A DNA stretch of 63,836 nucleotides, the filler included, from Choristocarpus tenellus KU-1152 (lineage: Eukaryota; Protista; Phaeophyceae), in NCBI GenBank assembly GCA_964200185.2. It is 8 parts of 8 records of this genome, joined end to end, with 100 filler letters (N's around TTAATTAATTAA, not from the genome) between each part and the next. Parts side by side here need not be neighbours in the genome. Positions count along the whole stretch, not along the records: positions 46,087 to 60,809 come from CAXNAD020001127.1; positions 60,910 to 63,836 come from CAXNAD020023596.1; 6 more parts are not named here. The stretch is one strand, 5' to 3'. Shown piece by piece: positions 51,376-63,836 of this stretch. Under the pieces are notes generated by a model, which worked only from the letters and a program-made list of their open reading frames with translations, was not told where the DNA came from and did no database searches. Position 1 is the first letter of the stretch. Each line of letters starts with the position of its first letter. A program made the translations under genes and the position numbers.

Positions 51376-52777
51376 ACATGTGTGGCTGGTCTCAGGAAAG
51401 TCATGGAGATTAGGACTGGGATCTATTCCCGACACCATCCTCAGTTAAGTGACGATCAACCAGTTGCTCAGCAGTAAGTATGAGTAGGCGCCTGACTGAT
51501 GATGGAAATGAAAAAAAAATGTTGTTGTGTTGCTGAAATCACACTCAGTCGTCACAACTACTCTTGCGCCAATCATGAAACCATTAAAGGGTAGGTCATT
51601 GTGATTGGAGTTGAGGTTGTTTGGGCAAGGGGCAATATCGGACTCGGGTACAGTAATCCATGTCTGTTTGGAGTAGTTGAGATATGATGCAGAATGCTTG
51701 GAAGTAATTGTAGTGCTGGTGGCACAGAGGGGAGGAGGGAAAGTCAGTATCTGTCGTAAATAGAAGTGATATATGTCACTAGCTACACTTTGGAGGGAGG
51801 ATTGGGGAAAGAACTAACATTAGCTGGGCATATAGAAGGAGAATTGGGCTGGGTGCGACCCATCTCTGGACAAGAAATGATGCAACCGACCCCCAAGAGT
51901 CACACGGTGGCAAGCAAGGGAGGGCTAACCCTAACCCTTTCATTTCAATCCACAGTCCTATCTTAACACGCACAGAGAGAGAGAGAGAGAGAGATAGTGA
52001 CACAAGCAGTGCTGTGGCATGCAAATGAATGGGATTCTTTTCTTCTCTAGGACTCTACTAATAACAAGCCCCTCGTTAGTCAAATCGAATGAGATCAAGC
52101 AAATCAAAAAGATGATAAGAGCAGAGCACCAAAGTAATGCTGTTGTACATCCCTCAATAAAGATTAAACCTCATGTTCCGCAAAACTTTACCCCACTTGG
52201 AGGTCCACGGCCTTACAAATTGATAAATGAGGAGTATATATACGTGTGTGTTGTGTGGGAAAGGTGGGTGGGGGAAGGATAGGCAATTAAGAATCAACCT
52301 TCAATAGCTACATCTAGCCTTGGGATTCTTGGCAATTTGGAGTCAGTTTGTACACTCTGTAAAGGGTATACATTCAAATAGCAAGATCCTTGTCTCTGTC
52401 AAAATTAGGCCTATTGTATAACCTGCCAAATAATCTGGTTTACTGTTATGAGGTATGCCATCATCGATCGCATTCAGGTGTACAAGGTCACCAAGCAAAT
52501 GTCTTTCATTCCCACATAAATATCTCTTCACCTTGAACGACTATCCGCATCATAATCCCAAAAATGTCTTGGGAAAAGCTGACGGTACTGGTGATGCACT
52601 CTTCCCTTCAATACCCCCCTACCCATTTCACCTGCCTCTGTCCAGGGGTCCAAAGTACAATCAACACAAGGGACACAAAAAAATCTAAAGTTGTACAGGC
52701 AACCTCCCACCTTACCCACTCATCCACCAGCAATGGTGCTTGCCTTACCCTGAACCTCCCTTCCCTTCCTCATCTCC

Positions 52778-54386
52778 TCAACTCTCGCTCATCTTTCCCA
52801 TACCATCACCACCCCTAGCAACTTGACCCTGTCCAAAAGCGTCATTGTCCACCACCCCCATAGTGCTCACATGTTCTTGCCCACCTCTACTTCTAGCACT
52901 TCTCCCCTTAACTACCCCACCCTTAAGTAGATGATGTACATGTGGCCAAAGCCCTCCTAGCTGGCTCTTTCTAGCAGCCACATACATCCCCGGCACTTTT
53001 TTCAACTTTCCCTTTGATACTATCTGTCCCCCACCCATCCCCAACAAATAAAGTACCCCACAGCAAATGGTCATCACAAAACAAAAAGAAACAGGGCACA
53101 GGGAGTGATGGGAGAACAGAGGGAGGGGTCGGGAGGGTAGGGAGGATTTGTTTCAGTCCGTGTACACAATACAATCACCCAAGTGTGATGCAGTGATATG
53201 AGGAGGGCGGACGCTGCTCCCTTTAAACCAAGCCCCAAAGGTGTTCTTAAACAAAGTTCAAGAGTAAGGAAGAGATAAAAGGCCAAGGAGAGGGAAAAGG
53301 ATCTCGAAGAAGTAGTTTGGGGGTTTGCATCTTTTCCAAGTATGGCAAAGACTGTACTGAGGAAGGCGACAGACTAATGTTAAAAGTCCTACTCATGGCC
53401 ACAAAACACACACACACACACAGAGAAGTCTACAAGTCTAAGGTTTCCACTATATGCGAATGCATTATCACAGAAACGCCATTAACAAGTACAAACACCT
53501 ACCACAAAACAAACGGGCTAATGCGAGGCAACAAAATACCCATGACTCAAGAAGTACCTTTTTCAAACAGTGGAAAGTACCTCTGAAATCACACACATGG
53601 CGAAGCAATCGTGCATGAGACACAGATCTTAAATGTGCACTATGTTCTTGAGCACCAACATATATTTACAACGTATTTAACATACGCAGGGCTGCAATAA
53701 TAACAATAAACCACTAATCACAAAGTTCTAACAATTTGAAAACTGAGAGTATCGCCGTCGGCATTGCTCAACAGAGATGTTCTCACCCTTTTAGCATTGC
53801 AGACTGCAACTGCTGGTACCCTAAGCTGATCACAAAACAGTTGACCAGATCAGTCCAACCTTATCTGAACCCCACCCACCCCTGTGACAACACAGAACCG
53901 TCGGTATCAACACCCCTCTGCAAAATACACCCTCGTCTCTCCTTCTGGATGATCTTGGCTCTTTGTATCACTCAAGAACAACAAACTACCTCGACAAGAC
54001 CAGAAAACTCTAATGGTACACCACTAAAGTCTTCCTTGTTCTAATCTTCATCTTGCTTCACAGGAAGAGAAACTCCTGACAAAGTTTTTCCAGCACTGTA
54101 TCTCTAAAAGCAGTTACAAAATAGTTACAGGAAATAAAACCGATAGGGACACCGAGGTCGTAAAGGGCATCAAAAGTGCAATACATACTGCTAGAACAAA
54201 ACAAATGCTCACAAAACACTAAGGTCATTATCTAGTTGGCACAGGAAAAAAAACCCACTGCGACCCCCCCCCCCCCCCCCCCCCCCCACCCACACACCAA
54301 ACACAAAAAACAAAAAAAAAAACACAAACACAACNNNNNNNNNNCCCCCCCGCCGCGCCTCCCATTTGTGGGCACCCGAAAAAAAA

Positions 54387-54417
<31 letters not shown>

Positions 54418-55550
54418 ACTGTAACAAGCAACAGACAAAAAAAACAAGAATGCCATCTTTACCTGTCGCTCAATCTTCCCATCTGGTGAACACACATCAA
54501 GCAGGACATGCCTCTGTCCCTTGATGGGCTTGCGGATTAGTCGTCCCCAGTCCTCCCTTCGAAGACGCTCATCAAATATGCTGCTCCCCTCTGACCCTGG
54601 GTGCATGAAGGCATTCACAGCAGGGGGTCAAGAAAAAAAAAAACTACTACTACTAGTCCTCTAGGAGTAGTGTCATAGTGTGAAGATCATGAACCAGGAA
54701 TCACACATCTGTGAGAGTTGAATGTGGAGAAGAGACAGGTCTGCAAAAAAAGAAGAAAGGCATCAAAATGAACCTCAAGAAGGTACAAAAAATAAGGTAC
54801 AGGCTATGAGATAAAACATTAAGCACCTGTGGGCGCGTGGTATGTTTCAGGTTAGGGTTGTGAACAATACACAAGGGAATCGATTGCACCCTTCAAATGC
54901 AAAAAACTCACAAACACCAGAAACATGAGGGAAAATCGTGCCAATACTCTAGAGGCATTTACATAGATGAAGGGAGGTGCAACGGGGGGACCCACCCCAC
55001 CAAGTCAAACAGCACCCTCCTTATCTCTTCAACAACTACAGTACCAATCAATTAACAACAGGTATCAAGGGTAAGGGTGGAGGAGAGGGGAGAGAGGTAT
55101 ATACCCAACCCCAACCCTAATGTTTTTCACATACATACACTGTGTAGGGATTCAGAGGTTCTCACCAAGAGCCTCTATTGCCTTCTCTATCACCCCCTGC
55201 TCCTGCCTTTCCCCACTTGTCAGCACTTCCTTGAGGATATCCACTGTAGAGAGAGTACCATCCTGCTGCATGTTGATGTCCTGCCACAAAAGAAAAAAAA
55301 AATAGGAGAAACATGTCTTGGAAAAGTTGGCGAACCTCCCCCACACAATGCCCATTCTTTGAAGGACCAAATAAACCAGTCGATAAAAAAAAACATGATG
55401 AGATACAGACACATGGTAACAGTATCACTCCAGTCCAAAACATACATAACATACATTAAAAGCTGTAGAAATCTAGTCCAATATACCAACATGCTGCATG
55501 TAACACATTACCTGCTGTGTTGTGTCTTGTCACACTTATGAAAAAAAACA

Positions 55551-55596
<46 letters not shown>

Positions 55597-58500
55597 AGTT
55601 GAAACACACATTGTGATACAAAATGATACAACTCTGTTAAGAGGTGTCAACGGAAGTACTAAGCACCTGCAGAAGAAGTTTAGAGGTCATCTCACACACC
55701 CACCTTAGAATTAGATAAACACACACACACACACACAAACACACTCCGTGAATAGGGTTGACACTAAGCTGTCCCTGCGACAAAGGTTTGATAGATAGTA
55801 TGCAAGGTGTATTTGATTGAAGAGACCACATCGCCAAAATCCAACGTTTAGATATCCAGAAACATCATCTAACACCATCTAACCATCTAACCAGTGCGCC
55901 TGCCTCCATGTGGCACATCTTCATTCCTCAAGCCAATGCAGTTGTGTCATAATACACCATGACCACTTCACAACAAAAATGTCGAAAAACATTTACTCTG
56001 TAAGCACGACGTTCTTGTGACCTTTTGGACACAATTTAATGGGTAACATTGTAAACAACGAATCTAACAGAAAAAAAAGCAGCGTCAACGAATCTCAGAT
56101 TCTGATTCGATTGAGAATCTCACCAATAAAAAAAAAGTAATTTCAGACATTTTTTTTTTGTGCGTAGGTGTGAGCTGCATGATACGCGTAGCGCTCGCAG
56201 AGCTCCGCCGATCAAACGCCTCCGTATTTGCAAACTGTGTCTACTCTTCAACAGTAATTGACTTCATCCAATACCAGCCTTTCGGACAACTAAAAAAAAA
56301 ACCCCAACATACTCACAAGCATTTCAAATTCAAATCCACGTAACTAGAAAAAAGACCGCTCAACATAAAATCAAACACGTATTATATAGTATGGAAATCG
56401 ACAACAATCCCTGCCACCTAATATATCACCTTAATGTATCATTACAGAGACCAACAGCAAGCAACAACTCAACACCTCAACACAACGTATTCTAAGTTGA
56501 CATCAAAATGATTAAATCCCAGCCCGAAGTACCCTCTCATTCAACACCAAAAATATATTGACATTTTTTTTTTCTGCATATATATATATATTTTAAGTAT
56601 TATTATTCCAAAACAATTCAAACAGCAACCAGTTATTCCTACAAAAAAAAAGGGGCAACATTTTGGATTAAATAAAAGCTTAACAAAAAAAACGAAACAA
56701 TTCCTCTTGACAATGCCATCAGCCACAACACCTGGAAAGCCTTGCAATAAAAATGTAGCCACCTACCCCTCCCCACCAACCCAACCATTTCCATCCAGAA
56801 CATATGCCCACACCCACGCCCACGCTCACAACCTTGCCCCCTCCCCCCATCTCCTCCCCACCCGCCAACATCCCTTTTAGCACAAACACTGCACCACTGT
56901 CAATCTAAAAAACAAAAAAACTGACTACTATCGTGCTCTAGCACTGACCCCAACCCTAACCCTCCTCTTTACCCCTCTCTATGCCAGCGATGTACTCACC
57001 GAAGCCTTTTGCTTGAGCAGAGTGACATATGAGAAAACTTCCTGCCTGGACGGGCCATTCACCTTTACCATGTTTTTGGGAACCTGAACCATTATGAGGT
57101 GTGTGTGTGTGTGTGTGTGTGAAGGAGGAAGTGCTTGGTAAGGGGTCTAGGGGGAAAGATAACCTCACACTCACTCAAAATAGGTGTCAACTATATTCCG
57201 ATTATTCATTATTTAATATCCAACCGACAGTTGAATGATCCGCAAATCTCCAACTACACTTGTACTACACTGCCAACACATATTTAGCAAAACCAAGCCA
57301 CAAATATCCCATCCTAATCCTGGTGTATCAAACAAAACAACTCTCCTGAGAGGTAAAACATCGCAAGTCAACAAACAACACTCCTCCTCTCTCCACCATC
57401 ACACAAAAGCACACCAGCGGCCACCTTCATAATGGCAACACAATGGCAACACAAAAACTCTCACAAACACTCCCATAGCCCCGGATGAAACATTCCAACC
57501 AATTCGCACCAACCAGTACCTTTCTTTGTCACCCCACCCACATACAGTCAGCCATCTCAACCTGTGCACACTACTCCCTCTCTCCTTCCCCGCCCAAAAT
57601 ACTGACAACAAACCTTATGTGAGAATTGGCATGTCTCCCTCAACTCAGGTCGCAGTGGACATTCCTTATCATGCTGGCATGGTCCCACAACAGTGGCTCC
57701 AGGGCCTTGTCCCTTCTGGCTACAGAGCTGCCTCTGTTCATCTCCATGTTCACCTCCTTTCACAGGTTGTTTTGGCGTGAGGAAAGGTTGCATGCAGGGG
57801 CAGACAGACTTTAGACACTGGCCATTAACTATTATACAACAGAATGTCAAAAATACTTCTTGAAAGCACTCTAATAAGACTATTGTTAACTCTTCCAACA
57901 CTACCACAGAGAGAGCACAAATGCCTTTGAAAGAGCGCTACCCAGCCCCTGTACAATGTTACATCAGAGAACACAATTGTGTCAGTTTAAACACCATAGT
58001 AGATTACAAAGCTCCATGCGTAGCAACACTACCAGAAGAGCAAAACGCCTCGCAAGATAATGCCAGTAAAAAGAGTTTTCCAAGCATTCAAGAGCAACAA
58101 TTCCGCATCCCATCGATGCCACACGTGTTTGGAGTACTTCCTCTTTGTCCTTCCCACCCACCCCACCCTCCCTCTGATTGCATCACCAGTAAAGAGTCAA
58201 AAAAGAGTAACCAAGAGGTATTAGAGTTGTGTCTTAGGGAGACGCCGACAGGTACGTACATCTTATTATTTTATTTTCAAACAGTAGTGAGATGAACACT
58301 CTCTAATCAAACACACCACTTCATCAATAGAGGTACGACTGAATAATAAAATAAAATAAAATAATATAAAACTGTCTAAAAAATACAAAACTGTCCAAAA
58401 CCTGGGGTACCGCTCTTGTTTACTTTAGCACTACTATACCAGTCAATCCTCATATGACATGACACACCTTGCCCTGACCCTCCCAGGCCGTTGGTAACAT

Positions 58501-59548
58501 TTAGAATCATTTCTCTCGCGGAGCGCACGGTATGGGACCCCATGGCACTGCCATTCTCAACCAACACCAGCACCCCTCCCTCGGAGACCATACCCCAAAG
58601 GAGTGCTGTTGCAGCCGCCCTGTAAATAGTTTGATAGTTTGATACACCCAATGGTGCAGGACACAGAGCAAAGCATCAAAGCAGTGTTCACCAAGATCAG
58701 AATACAACTTTTTTCTTGACTTGATCTTGAGATGAAATGTGCTACTAATATCAATGATGGTACTGGAGTCAGGGTTAGGATTAGGGCACTGCTTTGCATA
58801 GTCCAGCAGGGCATCTACCCTCCAAAGATCAATCACGCATCCACCGATAAGCAACTCATGCCTACAGTTTGTTCCAAATAGGGAAGTCAGGTACTGCAAA
58901 CATCTCCATAATCAGGATAGTAGGCTTGGGACCGGCATTGTCTTCTTGGAGACATTAGATTACATATCAGAAAAACACTAGGGTTAGGGTTAGATAATAA
59001 CATTAACATTAAGACCAACACCAATAATAATTGTGAAGGGGAGCAAACCCTTTCTCGCCTTATCTACTTGAAGTGGGATTGAGTACTGTTTACACTTCTA
59101 GCCTCGGCCTTTCTATACAAACAATGGTAAGGACCCCCATGCCCAATCAAAATTGCTGTCGGAAGCCAAGGGGTAGGTTGCATCATTGGCATGTCATATG
59201 TTGCACAACAGGAAGCTGTAGAATCACAATCTACTCACTTCTCTCCCAACAGAACCATCGATATTCACAGAAATACAAGAATCCTCCTTCAATTTCTGTT
59301 TCTCAATCTTTTCATACGAACTACGGAGATAGAGGGGAGGAGGGGCAGCATGACAACACACTCCTACAGGAACTGGGGAAGATTGAGAGTGTCAAGCCTC
59401 CCCGACAGTTTCGGATATCCACTTCTTCGTGTTGGCTAGCAATAGCTATATTAATATCTCAAGTACTTGCATGTGTTCACTAGATCAATATATTACTATC
59501 AATGAATCACTATGCCTGGAGAGAGAAAATGTTTGTGTGCATGCGTGC

Positions 59549-59592
<44 letters not shown>

Positions 59593-60790
59593 TCTGTCCT
59601 CACCTAGAGGCATGCGTGGGTAGCTCTGACAGTGAGTACGCCGCCACCACGAGATCATACTTCCTGCCCTTTGGTTTTGATCCATTCATCCCCTCTGAAA
59701 ATCTTCCTCCTGCCTCCGACACCATGATCACCCGTCACAACCCCACACAGGCATCAAAATACATCAACACAGACATATACAGACATACATACATGTATAT
59801 GTATGATCAAAGCAACAAAAGGGAGGGAATAATAACATGCTCAGCAATGCACACTGAAAGAAGATGAACACAAGATGTATCAAAAGACTCCTTCCCACAT
59901 GACTGCACCAAAAACGCCTTCCCCGCCGTAACAACACCAAAAACGCATTTGCATTGCAACCTCTGGCTCTCCCCCAGAGGTGCTCAGGCTCGAGGAGATC
60001 GGCACAAGTCTTCTACGAAAAACCCAATATATACAGGGAGGAAGGTTCCGCAACACACAAAACATTTCTCATGGCAATTACTCCAACCCCCTAAAACACC
60101 CCCAAAAAGCCTTCCCAAGTCCCTCCCACGCACTCACGGTCCCCTTGCTCATCGGACCTGCACCCAATCTATCATCACCCACCCCACTCCATGCAAAAAA
60201 ATATCCTCATTCCATACCAACAATACCAACAAGCACATGGAAAAGTAACACAAACATGGATCAAATATAATCTGCTCGGAAACGAAAGTCGACTAGCATA
60301 GGGGGTGAGTGCAAGGGGTGAGGTGCTTGCCGATGGAGTATAGCCCCTTCGAAGACCATCTTTAAAGACCCTCAGAACGTGACTGGAAGCCAACTCCCAG
60401 CAGGAACCGCGTCTCTGTGTCTAGCGCGTAACCGTTGCCCGGGTCTTCCACCAATCAGATCACAAGCGCAGACAAAAAAAAAAAATAAAGAGCACAAAAA
60501 TAGGCTCACACGTCACTGGTTGCCTAACCCTAACCCCAACCCCAACCCCTGAAAGATGAGAAGAAGGGAGGGGCGGAAAGGAGGCTTCATCTTGTAGCAA
60601 CTCACCCCGACGGGCTGCTCTCATTTCTTCCACCAAGCTCGACCCAAAGCCCACCCGTAGGTCACCTCCACCTTCAGCCCTGGGAGCCTGCAACGGCGCC
60701 AGCATTGCCTTAGAAGCGTCAACCATTGCCTGCGATACCTCAACCAGTCTCGCCTCTGAGAGGGCTCCTGGGCAACCTGGAGTGGCGAAG
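52778..60790 (-). CDS. METTL17: Mitoribosome small-subunit assembly methyltransferase-like protein RSM22/METTL17, 5'-truncated
   Basis: Exons ~60776-60606, 59694-59604, 58619-58468, 57756-57614, 57083-57000, 55280-55166, 54590-54463, 53023-52778, phase-consistent. Motifs YDLVVAAYSLSELP, GGVLVLVENGS, GPCQHDKECPL..CQFSHK, EVFSYV, WGRLIRKPIKGQRHVLLDVCSPDG, YVAARKSQLGGLWP. Confidence 0.93.
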
Positions 60791-60909
60791 GAGGAGGGGG
60801 GGAGGAGGGNNNNNNNNNNNNNNNNNNNNNNNNNNNNNNNNNNNNNNNNNNNNTTAATTAATTAANNNNNNNNNNNNNNNNNNNNNNNNNNNNNNNNNNN
60901 NNNNNNNNN

Positions 60910-61190
60910 GTTTCCCCCTGACACATCTGCAAAATGTCAGAGGGCATAATAATAAAAAATATATAGTGTCTTTCACATTTACGACAACTATTACTTTTTT
61001 GGGGTTCTAATATTTGAATGGTTTTGATTGGTTTTTCCTTTATACATCTTCAAAATGATAAGAGGGTATAAAAATTCAATCCAATTATATAATTGTGGAA
61101 AGCAGGTTTGTTTGTTGATACGCACTGTAATTGCTCCATTCCATATACCATTACATACTCATTATGGTTTTAATTGTCAGCAATTGTGAG
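60910..61190. repeat. Second copy of the CRE-tail-like repeat
   Basis: Homologous to 2945-3170, with the ~125-bp unit partly duplicated. Confidence 0.7.
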
Positions 61191-62019
61191 AGCCATCTTC
61201 CACAGAAGGTATACCCTGAAGGTAACCTATCTGGAAGATTCTGATATTCATATGACATTTGTTATTGCATGTTGAAGGTAACATCTGCTTGAAGTAAGAT
61301 CGGGTGGTTTGACCTTCCCAAGCCCCCCTCATTCAGTTACCACTTGTTCACTCCTTTCCCGAGTGATCTTCTGAGGGATTACTCTCCCTCTTGACTTGTT
61401 TCTCTCCTTTTCCTTGCCTCTTGTGGTTCTTCCGCCTCCTCTTCACTATGAAGAACCTGTCGGGTTATTCTAGCTGTTTCGCAGAATTCCCGATTCCATT
61501 CAAGGATTTTGTCAACAAAAAAATGTCCGATGGCATAAGAATACAGTTATCATCCAAAAATCCAATTCAATATCACAACCGTCCATAATATAACATTCTA
61601 CTACTACAGGATCTTAAGAATAATAGTAAATAATTGAGGTTTGGAACCTTTCAAGAGACCAATCCGACAAATACTGTGTATCTCGTCAAGCACAGATGTA
61701 ACACATCAAAGATTCTCTGTGTTGTCACGTCTTGACTTTTATGATCAACCCCCTCTCATAAGATTCTTATCACTCCTCAATTTCCTGTAAGTCCTCGCAG
61801 TGTTTAACTTGTCCAACTTTAACCTCGTCCGGTCGGTTACAGTTCTTTGTCTGTCTGGCCCTTCTTGCCCAGTGATGCTCTTCTCCACAGTTGCGTAGGT
61901 GAACCACGCCGCCACAGAATCACACTATTCATAAAACAGTAGATACCAACACATCACATTTATTAAGATAAAGTTATAAAAAATTGTACAAAAACTGTAC
62001 CCTACGTACAAAATACACC

Positions 62020-63500
62020 AATCAATCGTATCTGTACACCAGATATATGCATATCTTCCCACATGGCGAATCACAGTAGGGGTAGTCTCCACCAGGTTCC
62101 TCGTGAAGAGTAGGCCCTGTTCGACATTTCAATGCAAGCAATTCATCAAGCATAACTCGAGCGCGAAGCAAAATGAAAAGATTTTGTTGCATGTTTTGAT
62201 ACTTGCCCTTCCTCGATCGCCGATGTTGTTTTGCACAAGATGTGCAAATGATCAATGCGTTGAAAACCTATTGGATCGTTTTTCGATGCCATGGTAGGCT
62301 GTTGGAGCAAAGCAGTGCGCATTTTGGTGGTGAAACCGTGGAGCACCGTACAGATGTCGGGTGGTGTTTAATTGTAATTTGTATCATTGTTGGACTGGGG
62401 TGCACGAATATGAGTGCTGTATGACCCGAAATGAGGATCTGGTGTAGGGAAAGCATTAGGCAGAAGCGTATTATGATCCGTGCATTGCATACATCGAGAA
62501 CTTCTTTGGTCTTCCCCTCAACTCCCAAATCATGTTTCAGGTGTTTTTTAGTCATGATTTGTATCTTTGTTGGGTGTGGTGCACGAATTGAAGTCCATCG
62601 TGACTAGAAGTTAAGCTCTGGCATTGGGAAAATATTTAACCTGAACTTGGAGATTAAAAGGGATGGCCAAATCATCTTCTCACAGGAAATAGATGTGTGG
62701 GATAAGAGTTGGAACGAGGTTTTTAGCTTCTCATCCCGTGGGTAGAAACAAAGTGGGGGAGAATTATGGAGTAGTGTTCTTTGAGGTGTACGAATTTGTA
62801 CTCCCACATCTCTTGTGCTACAAATGGTGAGTTTATTCTGGGGAGGCTGAGGGGTCATAACATTTTTGGATGTGTGTTTTGTGCTCTCTGTCATTCACAA
62901 TAATAATGGAGATGAAAAGGGTAAGAAAATCTGTCCAAATATCATTGTTTACACTTCACTTTTCATGAAGGAATCCTTGACACATGTCCCCACCAATCCC
63001 TCATGCATGAGTGATGGGTCTTAATGGCGGTTTCATAAATGCCGTTGTGAGCTTGAAGTCCTCGATTAAATATGTTGTGATTCTTGACTGCTTATTTATT
63101 CTATAGTTCTTGTGAGAATCATGCATTACACATATGTCATGTTTGTTGTCTCAGTTCTTTCAAAACCTCAATTAAATCATAAAGTGAATGATCAAAGTGA
63201 GAGATCCACCATGTTTGATAATTCTTGCACTATGGCGCCATTTGCAAGCCTTATCGTCTTACAGGCTTGTGGATTGGACCTACATATCCCACCAGGGTAA
63301 GTTGTGGGAGATTTCCATTTTTTTGCATGTCCTATCTTGTCTCTTAACATACCAGAGATAATATTCAGGTAATTACATGGGAATATTGTTGACTCATTGG
63401 GACGTCCTGGAGTCATCTCACCATTTGCTTCTCTTGAATTTGGGGGAAAGGGTCTTAAACGTAGCATCAATGACCTGTACTCCCAAATCATAGCCTCCGC
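62020..63500 (-). mobile_element. Highly degenerate Gypsy-like integrase remnant
   Basis: Traces in the expected order: PL.P...W..V..DF (~63000), AHH.Q (~62580), LHGFT (~62340). Many stops. Confidence 0.4.
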
Positions 63501-63836
63501 GTCTATCTAACGTCCTTGGGGCTATGCAATAGTGTAGACCACCTTGCTGTGTCTACAGAATCACACCAATGACCTGTGCTCCAGATCATGACTTTAGGGT
63601 GTCTCTCTAATAAGGAGAAGACCTCGAGAGTAGGCATGGGGTTGCTTGCAACATTACTGTTGTGTGTTCCGTGTGTCCCGAGCTTCTGTAGAGTAGGTTC
63701 CACCACTTTCCTCTATACTTACTCTTGTCGTCCGGTGGTGCTCTCACTGTTTGACCCAAAGTATCTGGGGGGGGGGTCTATGTTACAGCGTGCTCCAGAA
63801 GCTTACCTCCGCAGGATGTATAGCTCCAATCTACAG

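Noticed and set aside
54209-54431. Poly-Gly/Pro ORFs
   Set aside because: Low-quality homopolymer sequence around a 10-N gap within an intron.

Overview
Eukaryotic nuclear DNA, intron-rich and full of transposon relics. The gene and repeat style suggests a stramenopile, possibly a brown alga (inference only). It is not one contiguous locus: eight contigs are joined by artificial 100-nt linkers (44 N + TTAATTAATTAA + 44 N), so adjacency across linkers means nothing. Spliced genes reconstructed by hand with phase-consistent junctions: an unknown minus-strand gene (~3.7-4.4 kb), a 14-exon coiled-coil/Armadillo-repeat gene carrying an intronic tRNA-Thr(AGT), the 5' part of a Patched-family gene, TMEM256 head-to-head with V-ATPase subunit G, a KH-like/RS-rich gene with a GC-AG intron, and RSM22/METTL17. 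Mobile relics: a CRE-type RLE non-LTR element, RTE-type LINEs, Copia and Gypsy fragments and probable Crypton-like fragments. Most notable: (i) at least five related MITE families (about 20 copies) with G(A/G)G-like termini, a shared subterminal motif and mixed 3/4-bp target duplications, including a MITE nested in its own family; (ii) a Copia LTR containing a complete tRNA-type Pol III promoter cassette; (iii) a Patched-type 'PC...LDCFxEG' motif in an apparently non-animal gene.
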